Source of the DNA: Trichosphaerium sp. ATCC 40318
Lineage: Eukaryota > Protista > Tubulinea
Assembly: GCA_038496445.1 (NCBI GenBank)
Contig: JALMLS010000538.1
Span: 1 to 64,000 of the forward strand
Direction of reading: 5' to 3'
DNA: 64,000 nt
In this document: one piece after another, positions 1 to 12,010 of the stretch
How positions within the stretch are numbered: position 1 is the stretch's first letter
How the letters are laid out: each line of letters opens with the position of its first letter
Program-made: the position numbers and the translations under genes
Notes under the pieces: generated by a model
Told to the model about the DNA's origin: nothing
The model's input: the letters and a program-made list of their open reading frames with translations, nothing else
Database searches by the model: none

Positions 1-254
1 TTTTCAAAAGATGACGGAGCAACAACTGAGAAACATATTAAGAACACTTCCGTATCAGGGTACGATAAAGGTCTATTAAACACCTGAAGCCACGTAAGGA
101 ACAATTTGTACATCAAGATTGGTGAGCGCTGTTATGCTGACGTACGTACTGTCGGTATATTGTCAACAGGCATCGTGTTGGTGGTAAAGGCTATGAGCAT
201 ACAAGTTTTTCCAACAGCGTTATCTCCAACGATTACAGATTTTATCGCCCTCAT
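1..254 (-). CDS. Rho/Rac-family small GTPase, 5' part (runs off the window); atypical, appears to lack G3/switch II
   Basis: ATG at 254: [35 protein letters not shown] | intron 149-84 (GTACGT...CAG) | [27 protein letters not shown]. Matches the Rac G1 box and the RPLSYP/VFLICFS motifs. Confidence 0.9.
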
Positions 255-651
255 TGTTTTATATTCTTAGGTGTATTGTTGCTTTGATAATAAAATAACA
301 AATGTTTGTACTTGACATATTTTTAGGCTAAAAACGTGCTTTAGCCTAAGTCAAACTACAGTTCAGCTTCACTGAAGCATAACTACGTTCATCCACAGGT
401 AATGTTATGCTGAAGATTAGAATTACTGTTAGTGAAAATTACTATAGAAACACTCAAAGAATCGCTTATTGCAGGATACTGTATTCATTTTTTTAGTGGA
501 TAAACAAGGCAAAAAATTTTAGCAGCAGATGCATCACACGTCATTGATATTTTGTGAAGTATTTCTAATTTACAAGTTGTGTTTGGTGGGAGGTGTTGTT
601 GACAAAGAAAAATGAAAAAAATCGTGTCCGTCATAGCTATGGATATGTGAT

Positions 652-3597
652 TCATTTTGACGCCATTTTCTTTCGTATCCACTCTGGCCACAGCCTAATG
701 GTTTCTGTAACATTACCCTAAAGAAAGTAACAACCCGTTAATAATCAGCAAATAAATGGATTTGACAAAAAAAAAAACAACACGTGACAGTGGAGGCGAG
801 ATACGGCGAAAAATTGGTTTTCATTCAAAACAGAGTAGGTGGTAATCGCATATTGAAAATAAAATGTTTTTCTCAAACACAGAGTACAAACACGTGCTTT
901 CCAAGTGGGGTTTTGTGTTCTTAACAAAAACATATCACGTACTTTTGGTTTAGGTGCTTGATCATATAATTCATGAAGGTTAATATTAGAGAATTTGCCA
1001 GCTTCTGCTTCGCTCATTTTAATGTTTAGAGCGACACTGAAGAAGTACCTAAAACAACATGAGAATATATAACTTTATCAAAAATAAAGTGAAAACATAC
1101 TCTTTAAGTAAAAACTCGAGTTGACTCTGAATATCTTCATTGCCTAGATTATAGTTTCTACCACTTCCTTCAAGCTCAGATTGTAGACGCTTTATAGTGT
1201 TTTCCTTTATCTCAAGCTCCATGCGTTTCTCATCTTCAACACGTCCAAGCTAATCAAATAATTAAAAAATGTCGAAGAAACGATAAAGACAAGGCAAACC
1301 AAAACGAGAAAAAAAGACAGAGCAATTAAAAAAAAAAAAGAAGAAGTCACTTTTCTCCAAAGGAGTCCGACTGGCCTGTACGATGTTCTCCCTTTTACTC
1401 AACGAAACTGCCATAGTTTTCACTATGACAGAATGCGAAGTTTTTGAAAAGGAGACTGTTTTCAACAGTGAACTTTTGATTTCAAAAAAAAAAATCACTT
1501 ACTTCAGTTGTCAAAAAGACGTTATGAGATTGATGAGCATTACTCGCTTCCTTATACATTTCAACATTCCTCTCAAGATCCTGAATCCTTTCTAGTGTAG
1601 CCACATTATCTTCGCCATCATTAAGTTTCTTAGAAGAAGACTTCTTCGTTTTCTTTCCTTTTGGTTTTTTCTCGCTATCCAATCTCTTAATATGCTCCTC
1701 AAGCTTCTTTGCTATTCCCTCATGCCTTTCACGTGCTTGACGAAGCTTCATATTAAGATCTTGTAATTGCTGTGTCTTATTCTCAGACTCCTTACGTAGT
1801 CTTGCAAAGTCTCTACTAACAATCTTATTATGACCTTCAAGAATCTCATTATTTGAAATAAGTTCTTTCATCTTCTTATCAAAAGCTTGTTGTGTTGTAT
1901 TTATATGTTCTTGCTTTATACGAAGCTCACCAGTAAGATTTTTAACACGCTCAATAAGTATTTTCCTCTCAGAGTCATTGTTTGCGTTCGTTTTTAATAA
2001 AGCAGTACGCTCTCCAATTGCTGCATCAGCTTCACATCTTACGTTTTCGTATGCTGTTTTAAGAGACTTTACAGCTTGTATTAACTGCTCGTTCTTTCCT
2101 TCCTACAGCAAAGAATAAGTTACATCATATTCGCACTTATAAATACTAGTAGAAAAGTGAAGCACAACGTACTTTGATAGTTATAACTGTATCAACTTGT
2201 TTCACTTTTTCAGTCATTTCTTTGATTTGCTCAACTAAGTTCTATATAATTTTCAGCTTATAAGCAACGGAGGCAAGGTTTTGGCAACAGAAGAGGTTCA
2301 ACTACAAAAAAGAAAAAACAAAATTTCGAAGGAAATAAGCCTTGGTGCTTGAAGAACTTACTGCTCTTGTCATTTCATGTCCTTCAATGACTTCCTTAAG
2401 TGTCCCAAGCTCTAAATCTTTCGCTATAAGTTCCATAGCTAGCGCTTCTAACTTTTCACGATGCTCTCGCTCACGCTCACTGCTACGACTGGACCTTGTC
2501 TTTTTTCCAGCTAACAACCTTTGAAGTCGAAGAAGTTCCTGCTGTTGGTTCTCAACTTGTCCTTCGAACATATCACTCTTTGTAGTAGCAGTACGTAATA
2601 GCTCTCTGTTCTTTTGAACGAATTAAACCAAAAAACTTAAAAAGTCGTAGACGGAAAAAAGGAAATGACTTTTTTGACAACCTTCAAATATTACAATCTT
2701 GGACGTACTCTTTTTAATTCAGCATTATTTGCTTTGGCCTGAGATGATACCTTATCAGCAATAGCTTGCGCTGTTCTATATTTTTCCATCGTCTCGTAGT
2801 AGTCGTCTAAGTCATAGGAACTGAGAAACAAGCCATGACTTTTGTTGTACAAAAAAAAAAAGAAACATACTCTTTACTCAGTTGAAGCTCCTCTTGTTGA
2901 GTTTCAATCTGACGTTTCAGATTCTTTATTTCCTCCTAAAAACCCATATAAATGAATAAACAAAAAAACACGTGATAAAACCGAGAAAAATGGAAAAAAA
3001 AAGATACCTTCTTCTCATTGCTATTTTTCATCATTTGAAACATTTCATCATTTCTTTTAGCTACTTCACCATTGGCAAGCTCAAGATTCTTGTTCAATAA
3101 TACAATGCGTGTTGATTTAGTATCTAATAGATTTGATGCATATTTAAGCTTCTCCATAGCTCTGTAGGGTTAAATTAGAGCCAACTGCTAGTTTTTCCAA
3201 AAAGATGAAGTGTCAACGGCAAAAGTTATAGTGTCGCACGTTAAATACTTCTCACGTAGTTCTGCTTGTTCTGTAGGTTGTAATTCTGCCTTTTCAGTCA
3301 GAACCTATGAATTCTGAGCGAAATAAAAACAGAAGTAGAATTTATGGCGCACGCGTTCGAATTGAAGTAGCTCTTTAATACTCCCTTGAAGTTCTGACAC
3401 TTCTGGGTCCTTTTTAGCTTGTGGTGCAGTCTCGTCGCTACAAAAGGTTAAATTACCAACCCTTGATACGTGTCAGCGTACCCGCTTTCCGCTGTAGACA
3501 ATTTAGCCTCCAAAGCCGCCAACTCTTGTTGTTTTAACAGCAGACGATTTTGTAGGCGCTCTTGCTCCATTAGAGCTACGTTTACGGTGTATGCCAT
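652..3597 (-). CDS. Long multi-exon coiled-coil protein with a small C-terminal globular domain (YFFSVALNIK...WPEWI)
   Basis: E/K/Q/L-rich heptad exons (ORFs 1482-1871, 2302-2571, 2936-3157) joined by GT-AG introns. Start ATG 3597 or 3570 (same frame). Last exon GNVTETIRLWPEWIRKKMASK, stop at 652-654. Confidence 0.75.
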
Positions 3598-3738
3598 CGC
3601 AACAACCACTCAAATTTACAGGCAAGCGTTCAGTACAAATACGTTTACAAAAAGCACAAAAGTTTTTTTTTACACAAAGTCAAAACGCTAGTCAATTAAC
3701 AATACATAAAAACGACAAACACCGCACTAGTGCAAAAA

Positions 3739-3812
3739 AGGCTCAACTGGGAGTCGAACCCAGGACCTCCCGCTTACTAGGCGGGCGCAATAACCAACTA
3801 TGCTATTGAGCC
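3739..3812 (-). tRNA. tRNA-Thr(AGU)
   Basis: GGCTCAATAGCATAGTTGGTTATTGCGCCCGCCTAGTAAGCGGGAGGTCCTGGGTTCGACTCCCAGTTGAGCCT: acceptor stem GGCTCAA/TTGAGCC, anticodon arm CCCGC-CT AGT AA-GCGGG, T loop GTTCGA, followed by an oligo-T Pol III terminator. Confidence 0.96.
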
Positions 3813-4035
3813 GTGACTTGTTTGCTTCAAAATAGGCAAGCCGCGGCCCTAATCGACTCAGTCCTGTCTTGTATGCAAGCCATTTAGTTTTTGCAATAGT
3901 GCACGCTTTAAACAACATGTGTAGTTCGTTTTCTCACCAGTGTTTGCAAACAAAGCAAAACAATTGACAAATTAAATTTTAGATTTATTTTTGAGTTGCT
4001 GTAGGGCAACTTTGCATTTATGCGTTTAGTCCAAT

Positions 4036-5225
4036 TTAAAAGTTAATTGGAACACCGAAACCACATTCAGTCTCAATGGCAAGGTTGTTAGCATTAGGTC
4101 CTCGGACAATTCTGAAGAAACCATCTTCACCCCAAGGAGATCCCCAGCTGTTACGAACTAAATAAAACCGTCAGTACAATTCCTCTCAAAACATTGCAAA
4201 AAAACAAGCCCAAAAAAGCAAGCAGTGGCTGTCATCATCAAGCCCATGAGTTGCACTTGGCTACTGCCACTTGTTTGAGGGCTTTTTGGTTCAAAATAAA
4301 AACGTACCAATCCAGAAGTTGGTTCCCTTTTCTACACCCCATCCAATAACACTTACGATATGGTTTATTTGTGGGAACAATTCGTATTCCTCAAAGATAC
4401 CACCTGTGTATTTCTCTAGTTCGTCAGTGGCCATAATACCGCATGAGATTGGTCCACGAGCAGCAATTTCTGCCATCATGTTGTGTTCACCAACAACCCT
4501 TCCGTAATCGCCGACTTTGTAAAGAGTGTAGTTTCTGAGTTGATAACATGTACCGTCGTGGCCGCAAGTACCGCATTGGTTGAATTTATCGCATTGTTGA
4601 TTTTTGGCTTGGTAGTTGTTACAAGTCTCATCTGGGATACCGTGCTCGTGGGCGTAGTGGTATCTACAACGTTTATAAGCGATTTTGAGCATAGTAAAGA
4701 TAGAAAAGCGTAATTTCTGTTTAAAACGCGTACACAGGGATGTCGTCACCTCCTTGGCAACTTCCAGCATCAGCACAGTCAAGAACGTGTTGTACGCTCA
4801 AGTAAGCGCTTGGCCAAGCACCACCACGTTTGATATTGATTCTGTCAGCTAGAGCAGATGTGGAGCCCATAGCCCAGCATGAACCGCAGTATTGTGGGAT
4901 GTGTTGATTACGTGTGGTTGATAAAAAGTTCTTTCCTTTGACGTTTCTCCAGTCCAACTCTGTTGGCAAATCCTCAGGCTAAATTACGCGTAAGTTGTAT
5001 TTCCGAAAACGAGTAAAATCGTTATCGTGTACCTTGAGGTACGTATGAGGAAGAGGCTCAGTGATGTGTTCAACTAATACAAAAGTAGGTAAGAAAAGTG
5101 CACATAGTTTTCAAGTTTGTCGTACATTTAGTGCTAGCTCTGAAAGCAGTGTCACGAATGACCTCGTTTTTGCGTGCAGCAGCAGTAATAGCTACGAGAG
5201 CAATAAAAAGAAGGATGAGCTTCAT
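4036..5225 (-). CDS. CTSZ: Cathepsin Z/X-like papain-family (C1A) cysteine protease, multi-exon
   Basis: Signal peptide [17 protein letters not shown]; [12 protein letters not shown] with the HIP insertion diagnostic of cathepsin Z; catalytic His in [10 protein letters not shown]; Asn in RNSWG. Confidence 0.93.
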
Positions 5226-5519
5226 TGTTGTTTATGTTTTGAAAATATGAATGATATATCTCCGGGAAAGTCCTTGTTAGTCAAGAATTCTTGTAGTTGA
5301 AGCGTAACTCCTATTCTGTGTAAGACAGTTCTACGGACTTATGTACATGAACAAACCTTAAAATTGATAGTATTTATGTACAATTAATTGATTTTACAAC
5401 CAAATAAGGTTCCCACCAAAAAAAGTGCTTGCTAATATAACGTCTACGCGATAAAAAGGGGTACGTGTGTTTTTTCTCAGTTCTTCTGTCACAAAAACAT
5501 ACATGAACCGAAATGTTGG

Positions 5520-6286
5520 TTACATGTGTTTAACAACGCCTAAATTAGCGTGGCAGTTAGGACAGGTATGTATAGTATCTTTGCAACCATCTACACAGAA
5601 AGGAATCAAGCAGCAAGGCCATAAACCAACCTACAAACATAAGCAAAAAAAAAACAATAAAAGGCAATTAATTCAAACGCATACAAAGAACATAACGGCA
5701 ACAAGTATCCACATGAAAATACCTCCTTCTTTTCGTGTGGATGTAATGATAGAAGCTTGACACTTTGGACAAGTCATACCACAAGGGCTAAAAAGAGGTT
5801 TGTTAATCTTTCGCAAAAAAGGGTAAAAGGGCAGGCTAAAACCCTTATTTAGTTCGTTACGTACGAATGTCCCAAGTTTGTGCTCATTACGACAGTATGT
5901 TGTACTGGTTGGACAACTGCGGGTTGAACTGGTTGTGCTTGGTACGGTTGCGGTTGGTACGGTTGTGATGAGCCCATACCTGGCTGCGGTTGCGGTGGTG
6001 CATACCCATCTAGGAAAAAAAATTACGCGCTTTCCTCCTTTTTAACTACGCACCTTGTTGATATGGGGTTTGGTACCCTGATTGTTGTGGATTGTAACTT
6101 TGTTGATCATAACCTGGTTGTGGATTGTAACCTGGTTGAGAGTATGGTTGTGGCTGTTGTTGGTTACTGTACCAACGTTAATAGGGGTTTTGATACGTTT
6201 AAACGATGTGGAAATAAACAACAAACTAGAATCCGTTGTACAACTATCACGTACTTAATAAGTGGTTGTTCTGGGTTTTGATTCAT
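5520..6286 (-). CDS. LITAF/SIMPLE-domain protein with Pro/Gln/Tyr-rich N-terminus
   Basis: CPKC knuckle, hydrophobic stretch, [21 protein letters not shown]; N-terminal QGYNPQ-type repeats. Confidence 0.88.
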
Positions 6287-6685
6287 GGTGGATGTGTTGT
6301 AATGTATTAGAAACAATAAAAGGTGGCACTACATTCTCTTAACACCTAAAAAAGTAGGAGGAACGCATTCTCTCAGAACAGCAACACAAAGAATACAAGA
6401 CGTTAGCAAAGGAATGGCAACTGTGTCGCACAATGTTGTGTTCTAGAACGTGACTAATAAATTGCGCTAGTCTTTCGGGTACACTTGTAAACTGCCAACA
6501 AAGTGACCGCCATATTTTTTTTTTGATTGTTTTATTACTTCGTTATACGATTAATATTCGCAATACAAAGTATGTATGTATACAGAGCACATATTGTAGA
6601 AACACCTCTTTAGGTATTTTCTTTTGTACGTTCAGGTTGTGTTTTGGAATTCTTACAAAGAACAGTTTTGTCGCACTGTTTGTTT

Positions 6686-8725
6686 TTAAACGACTACAGA
6701 CCAGTCCTCGTGTTCTTGTTCTCCGTATTGAATATCCATTAGAGTATTCAAGCACCTTGTGGTTAATTCACCAGCACCCTTTTCAGCATTGATAGGGATC
6801 TCATAGTCCTAAGAGAGATTTAATTTAAGAAAACAATCAACTTGAAAGAAAAGACAAGTTTGTGACTTTTGTGGTGTGCTTGTAAAAATGACGTACAGTG
6901 CCTTTGTAGAATATTTTGTTTACAGGAGTTACAATAGCTGCAGTACCAGCTCCAAATATTTCATTGACCTTTTGATAATTGTAAGAGAAAAGTGGGAAAG
7001 TTCGTTTTAAAAAAAACCAAAGAATAAAAACTACAATCGTACTCTGTTTTCCTTTAGAGCTTCAACTACTTGGGTCATTGTAAATGTTTTTTCAGATACT
7101 TTAAATTCTCCCCAACTCTTTGCCAACTCAATAATGGATTTTCTGGTAACACCTAGAATCAAATAAGTCAAACAACCAAAATCGTGGAAAAAAAAAGATT
7201 GAATCGAATTCCATGATTTGAAAACAATGACCGGTATCCACATACCAGGAAGGATAGTGCCATCCAAAGGTGCTGTGATAAGTTCTTTCTCTCCTGCAGG
7301 TATATTAGATTTTAAACCTTCACTAGTCATTCTACACTCACCTTCTGGGTTTGTCCAAAGCATAAATAAGTTCATAGTACCAACCTCTGTTACTTCATCA
7401 TTGAGCAACCACAAGATTTGTCCGTAACCCTTTGCAATTGCATTCTCAGCAGGAAGGATTCCAGGGCCGTAGTTACTAAATAAAAACATAAACAAGACAT
7501 TGTATGAAATGTAAAATAAAAAAAAGATCACGACTTGTTACACTCACCCGCCGATTTTGTAGTTTCCAGTACCACCTGGGAAAGCTCTGACATTGACCTA
7601 AAGTATCACATAAGCTAACAGCCTGTTAAAGTATTGACTTACTGGATCAGCATATAAAGCGACTGGCTTGAAGCCTGTGGCGTAGTATGGTCCTATCAAC
7701 AATTAATACTTTCGTAAATGAATAATAGAACGTACCAACAGGGGATAGAAGACACATAAGACGTGTATCATCAGCACGCTTAACCATAACACTAGGCTAA
7801 AGAAACAGTAAAAAAAAAGCGTTGTACAATGAAATATGAGTTTCATAAATGCGTACTGTTGTTGCCAAGGCCATAGGTCTTATGTAGAGGGAGTAACCAC
7901 GCTCTGTAGGAATGAATGACTCATCCAAACGAATCAAAGTTTTGATACACTCCAAAAACTCTGTAGGTGGGAGTGCCTAAGGAGTGGATGCGTCAGAATA
8001 TCAAAGAAATTGCGTGAGTCCAAAAAACAGAGAAAAACAAAAGCGAAAAGTTTTTGGAGTAATTTCTTGGCCTTTTAAACGTACAGGCATAGCTAGCCTC
8101 TCCATTGAAGTAGACATACGAATCATGTTTTCTAGAGGGCTGTAGAGGTTTATTAGACGTTATTATGTCGTTTTTTGTAATTTATCGTACCGAAACATTC
8201 TAACGTTTCCTTTTGAGTCCTTGTATGCTTTCATTCCTTCGAAACACTGCGAATTCGTCAGTACAAAATCGATTAAAGAGTAAAACGCACTTGGAGGGCG
8301 TAGTGAAGTCCAACAGCTGCTGGGGAGATTGAAATATTGCCATAAGGTTCTATAGCGCGTTAAAACGTTAAATGCTTGTTCCCTCCGTACCAATTACAGG
8401 CTTCGCCCAACCTGAGTTAGTGTTCCAATCAACCTGAGGGGAGCATAATTAGTTGGATTGTTGGGTTGTTTCAGACAATGTTTGCCGTACGGAGAGCATA
8501 TGGTCAGTAAAGGTTTTACCGAACACTAGGTCTTTGTTTGCTAGCTTTGGTTTTGGAGTTTGCGTTTTGTTGATAATAATATCTGATGCCTAGCGGTACG
8601 TGTAAGCGGGCGTATTTTTCGCGTATACGCGCCTTGAAACCCTCAGTAGCGACTGAACGTTTTTGAGTCGTAGCAGTTGATCTGTAAGTAAGGCGAGTAC
8701 CTTGCCGTGTAATTGTGCGGAGCAT
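6686..8725 (-). CDS. BCAT: Branched-chain amino acid aminotransferase, mitochondrial-type presequence, about 14 exons
   Basis: FGKTFTDHM, LHYALQCFEGMKAY, NYKIGGNY (PLP lysine), EVGTMNLF, ILPGVTR, GAGTAA; Arg-rich N-terminus. Confidence 0.95.
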
Positions 8726-8927
8726 GTTTGTCACTTGAACTCTGAATGTTTTCGTTTAACGCAAAAAACAGCAAAAACGAAACTTCGCGACTTTGTGTCA
8801 AACAACACGCGAGAATTCTCCTCAAAATAATCAAATTGCGATAATAACAACGGTAAACGCTTATGGAGATCACTGTTTATTCATATGCTAGTCGATTCAT
8901 TGCCAACAAAAAAATAAGTCATTGAAA

Positions 8928-11892
8928 TTACTCACGTGCATTCTTATTGACTTTGGTATACACGTCAGGGAATGCTCTTTCGTTGTTATTTTGCTTACGC
9001 AACTTTTTGTAAAGAGTATGGTCGAACATTTCTTGAAATTCTTCCAAACTCATGTATGTATCTGCATACAATGCCTGGAAACCTTCTTTATCGCGTACGA
9101 ACTTTTCAACAATTTTATGAGTGTTCATGGCGTGAAAATTCTATTTTTCAGTTAGCTAGCTAGTGAAATAAAATCACTCGAAAGCGTACAGGTGCACTTG
9201 GAACACCATAGACACCAACGTCTACAAACATTTCTTCACCACTAGAAGCGGGATTTACCTAATTTTATGTTAATGGTGCTTGGTTTAAGTATTGTCAAGC
9301 AATCAAAGAAATTGACTAGTTCTTTACTCATAAGACAAAAAAAGAATGTGTTGCGTACAAAACCGCGAAGTTCTGATTTAAAAACTCTACATGGGCAAAG
9401 CCATAAAGGATAAACACGCCAAACATCATCCATGAGTTCGAGTCCTTGATCAAGTGTCGAGATAGGAATGATCATATCCTTTTTTATACATCAATTAACT
9501 CATTATTCCAACGGCAATTTGTTATTTTCTTAATTTCTTACCTGTATCACATGGTTATCTTCATAAAGTTTTGTAAGGGCCTTAGTTCTTGTCATCTTGA
9601 GCAAGTTGATTTTTGGAGGGACCATCCAACCAAAGAATAAACGGAATAAAATATGATTACCAAATGGAATAATATCCTAGTTTTTTCTCATTGTCAGATT
9701 TTTAACAAAGTGTCAAAAAAACCTTCGAACCTCTAATTCCCAAAATAGACTTCTGGTATGTCGGTGGTAATAATCACGAAGTGGTAGGTATTCTTCGTAT
9801 TGTCCTGTTTTCAAAAACTCTAAAAAATCAAAATGAGATTACCGCTACTCTAAGGCGTTTCAATTTGAGCGTACCTGCTACGTGAGTGTAAAACCATGGC
9901 TTGTACCATAATCCAATACTATTAACGGGACCATTTGGTTCGTCAACATAGTTTGAAATCATCAATACAGCTTCATTTGGTGAGTACGCGAGCATTTCAA
10001 CAAAGTCATTGTCAGTGTTATTGCTAGCCTGGGAAAATTGTTGTAAGTTCATTTGGTGACAATGTTAGGGTAAAACGTGATTGTCATTACAAAAATCACG
10101 TGCGAAACCCAGAAATACGCGAGTTATTCCGGAATAAATGTCTTTTTATTATTTTTATGTTGTACCTTTGCGAATGCGTCAATGTAGGCTTTTTTGTCGT
10201 GGAATGGGGTGTATTTAATGTGGACGTATTTTTTACACGGTACAATCATAAGCTCTACGCTTGCAATAAAGCCTAGTGCGCATGTAAGATTAAACAGTCT
10301 CGTTTTTGATAAAAAAACAGTTTCCAAAAGTTTGAGAAATTTTTTAGCTGATGTTCATTTTAAAGTGTACCTAAAGTTCCGTGGGACCACGGCAATGCGT
10401 AGAATAGCTCAGGGTTCTCTTTTTTGGATGCAAAAACTAAAATCCCGGATTATAAAGCAAGCCTTCTTTTGTCACATGTTTTTTTTTTAAAAGTACCAGT
10501 AGAGCCATCTGCTAGGATAACTTCGTATCTGTGGCATATGTGTTGAAACAAACCGTATTTATGAGAAGATGTTTCTATACCAAACCCCATCAATAACCCA
10601 CCAACAGTCAAGTCATCAAGTTCAGGTGTTACAGGAAGCGTCCAACTAAAGTTAAAGTGGAATAATTAGTTTGGGTTTTTTGGGCACGTTAAAAAAATCT
10701 TGAATGTGATAGTGCACATGTTCCATCGGGAATAAAAATCCCGAGGAAGCTCAACGTGAGTTTAAAGCTATTGAATTAGCTTTGTCTTTTTAAAATTTGT
10801 TGTAATAGCATAACGGGATTATAACTCTCCCGAACGACAGCTTGCTTTTCATTTTTTTTTAAATATCAGTTCAAAATACTTTTTCTAAAACGTACCCACG
10901 CGGGATTAGATAAGCGGATATTTGGCCCATGTTAACTAGGATAAATAGTCAATATAAAGTAGATGATAATAAGCACTTAGTGTAGTGCACAGCGCCATTG
11001 CTTTTGTGAAAAAAACGCTTCAATGACAAACGCACAAAAGGGAACCAAAAATGAAAAAAGACTAAAATGGGTACCTTGTGGCTCAACGCGTACGCGTTGA
11101 TTTGTCTCATCGAGGTGTACAATTGAATTCAGTGGGATATTAATCTTGTTGAGCTTCTTTTTATAAACAGCAAACCGTGGGCTCTATAGTTTATTAAAAC
11201 GTAAAAAGTTAAGATGTTTTTTTGACGTTTTATTTCGAAATGAGGAAGTGCGAAAAGTTTGTTGAAATGGGATGCTCTAAAACGTACCATTGACTCCCAA
11301 CCACGGTTGGTACACATCTTCTTGTCTTGTTTTGATTTATTCCATTGCTTCACTTGATCGCAAACGCCTTGAACTCGCTTACTAAGTACTCTTTTAGTAC
11401 CAAACATGCTAGAGGTTATTCGTACTAGTGTTCTGCTTCATTACTGATAGCGTAGCGTCGAAAAGAGTGAGTTAAAAACCACAAACAGTCGAAAAAAGAC
11501 GATAACGGCAATAGAATAAAACACGTTATTATCCATCTAAAGAGCAATAAGGTGGTGTAAGTTGCGAGTTGGAAAAGACTTTTCAACAAAAAATCAAAAA
11601 AAAGAGACTACCGCAGATTGATGGGCTTTTGAAGGGTCAATCTGAGCAGTTTTAAACGCCTATGACGAAACAAGATGACGTTTGTTGGAGTTAACAGCGG
11701 ATGAATCAAACCCAACTGTTTTTTTTTGTACCGAGTTGTTAAACTTCGGTGGTAGGCGTACCTGTACTTGGTGACCATTATATAAACTAGGAGATCCGTT
11801 CTAAAGACTAGATAAAGTACTAAGCCCAGTGCGAGAGTAATCACCCAGAACGGATGGTATACGGCTGAAAACGCATCAACGAGTTGTTCCAT
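8928..11892 (-). CDS. DHCR24: Delta(24)-sterol reductase (DHCR24/DIMINUTO family, FAD-binding), multi-exon
   Basis: [62 protein letters not shown]. Confidence 0.95.
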
Positions 11893-12010
11893 GTTGTTCG
11901 GATCTTGTTTTGTTTCTAGTACTGCAACGCAAATCCAGAATAAGACTGACTTATGGAGATGTTAAGTTAGCTCGTTTTTGACACCCAAACTAGCGTATTT
12001 TCTACGGACA

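Noticed and set aside
2938-3007. GTATCTTT donor resembling a U12 5' splice site
   Set aside because: No CCTTRAC branch sequence near the acceptor, so treated as a U2-type intron.
3727-3918. ORFs overlapping the tRNA
   Set aside because: Spurious translations of the tRNA-Thr gene.
10700-10790. Superficial similarity of the DHCR24 intron to the U12 snRNA 5' end
   Set aside because: It lacks the GUAAGGA branch-pairing sequence. Kept only as a generic structured intron.
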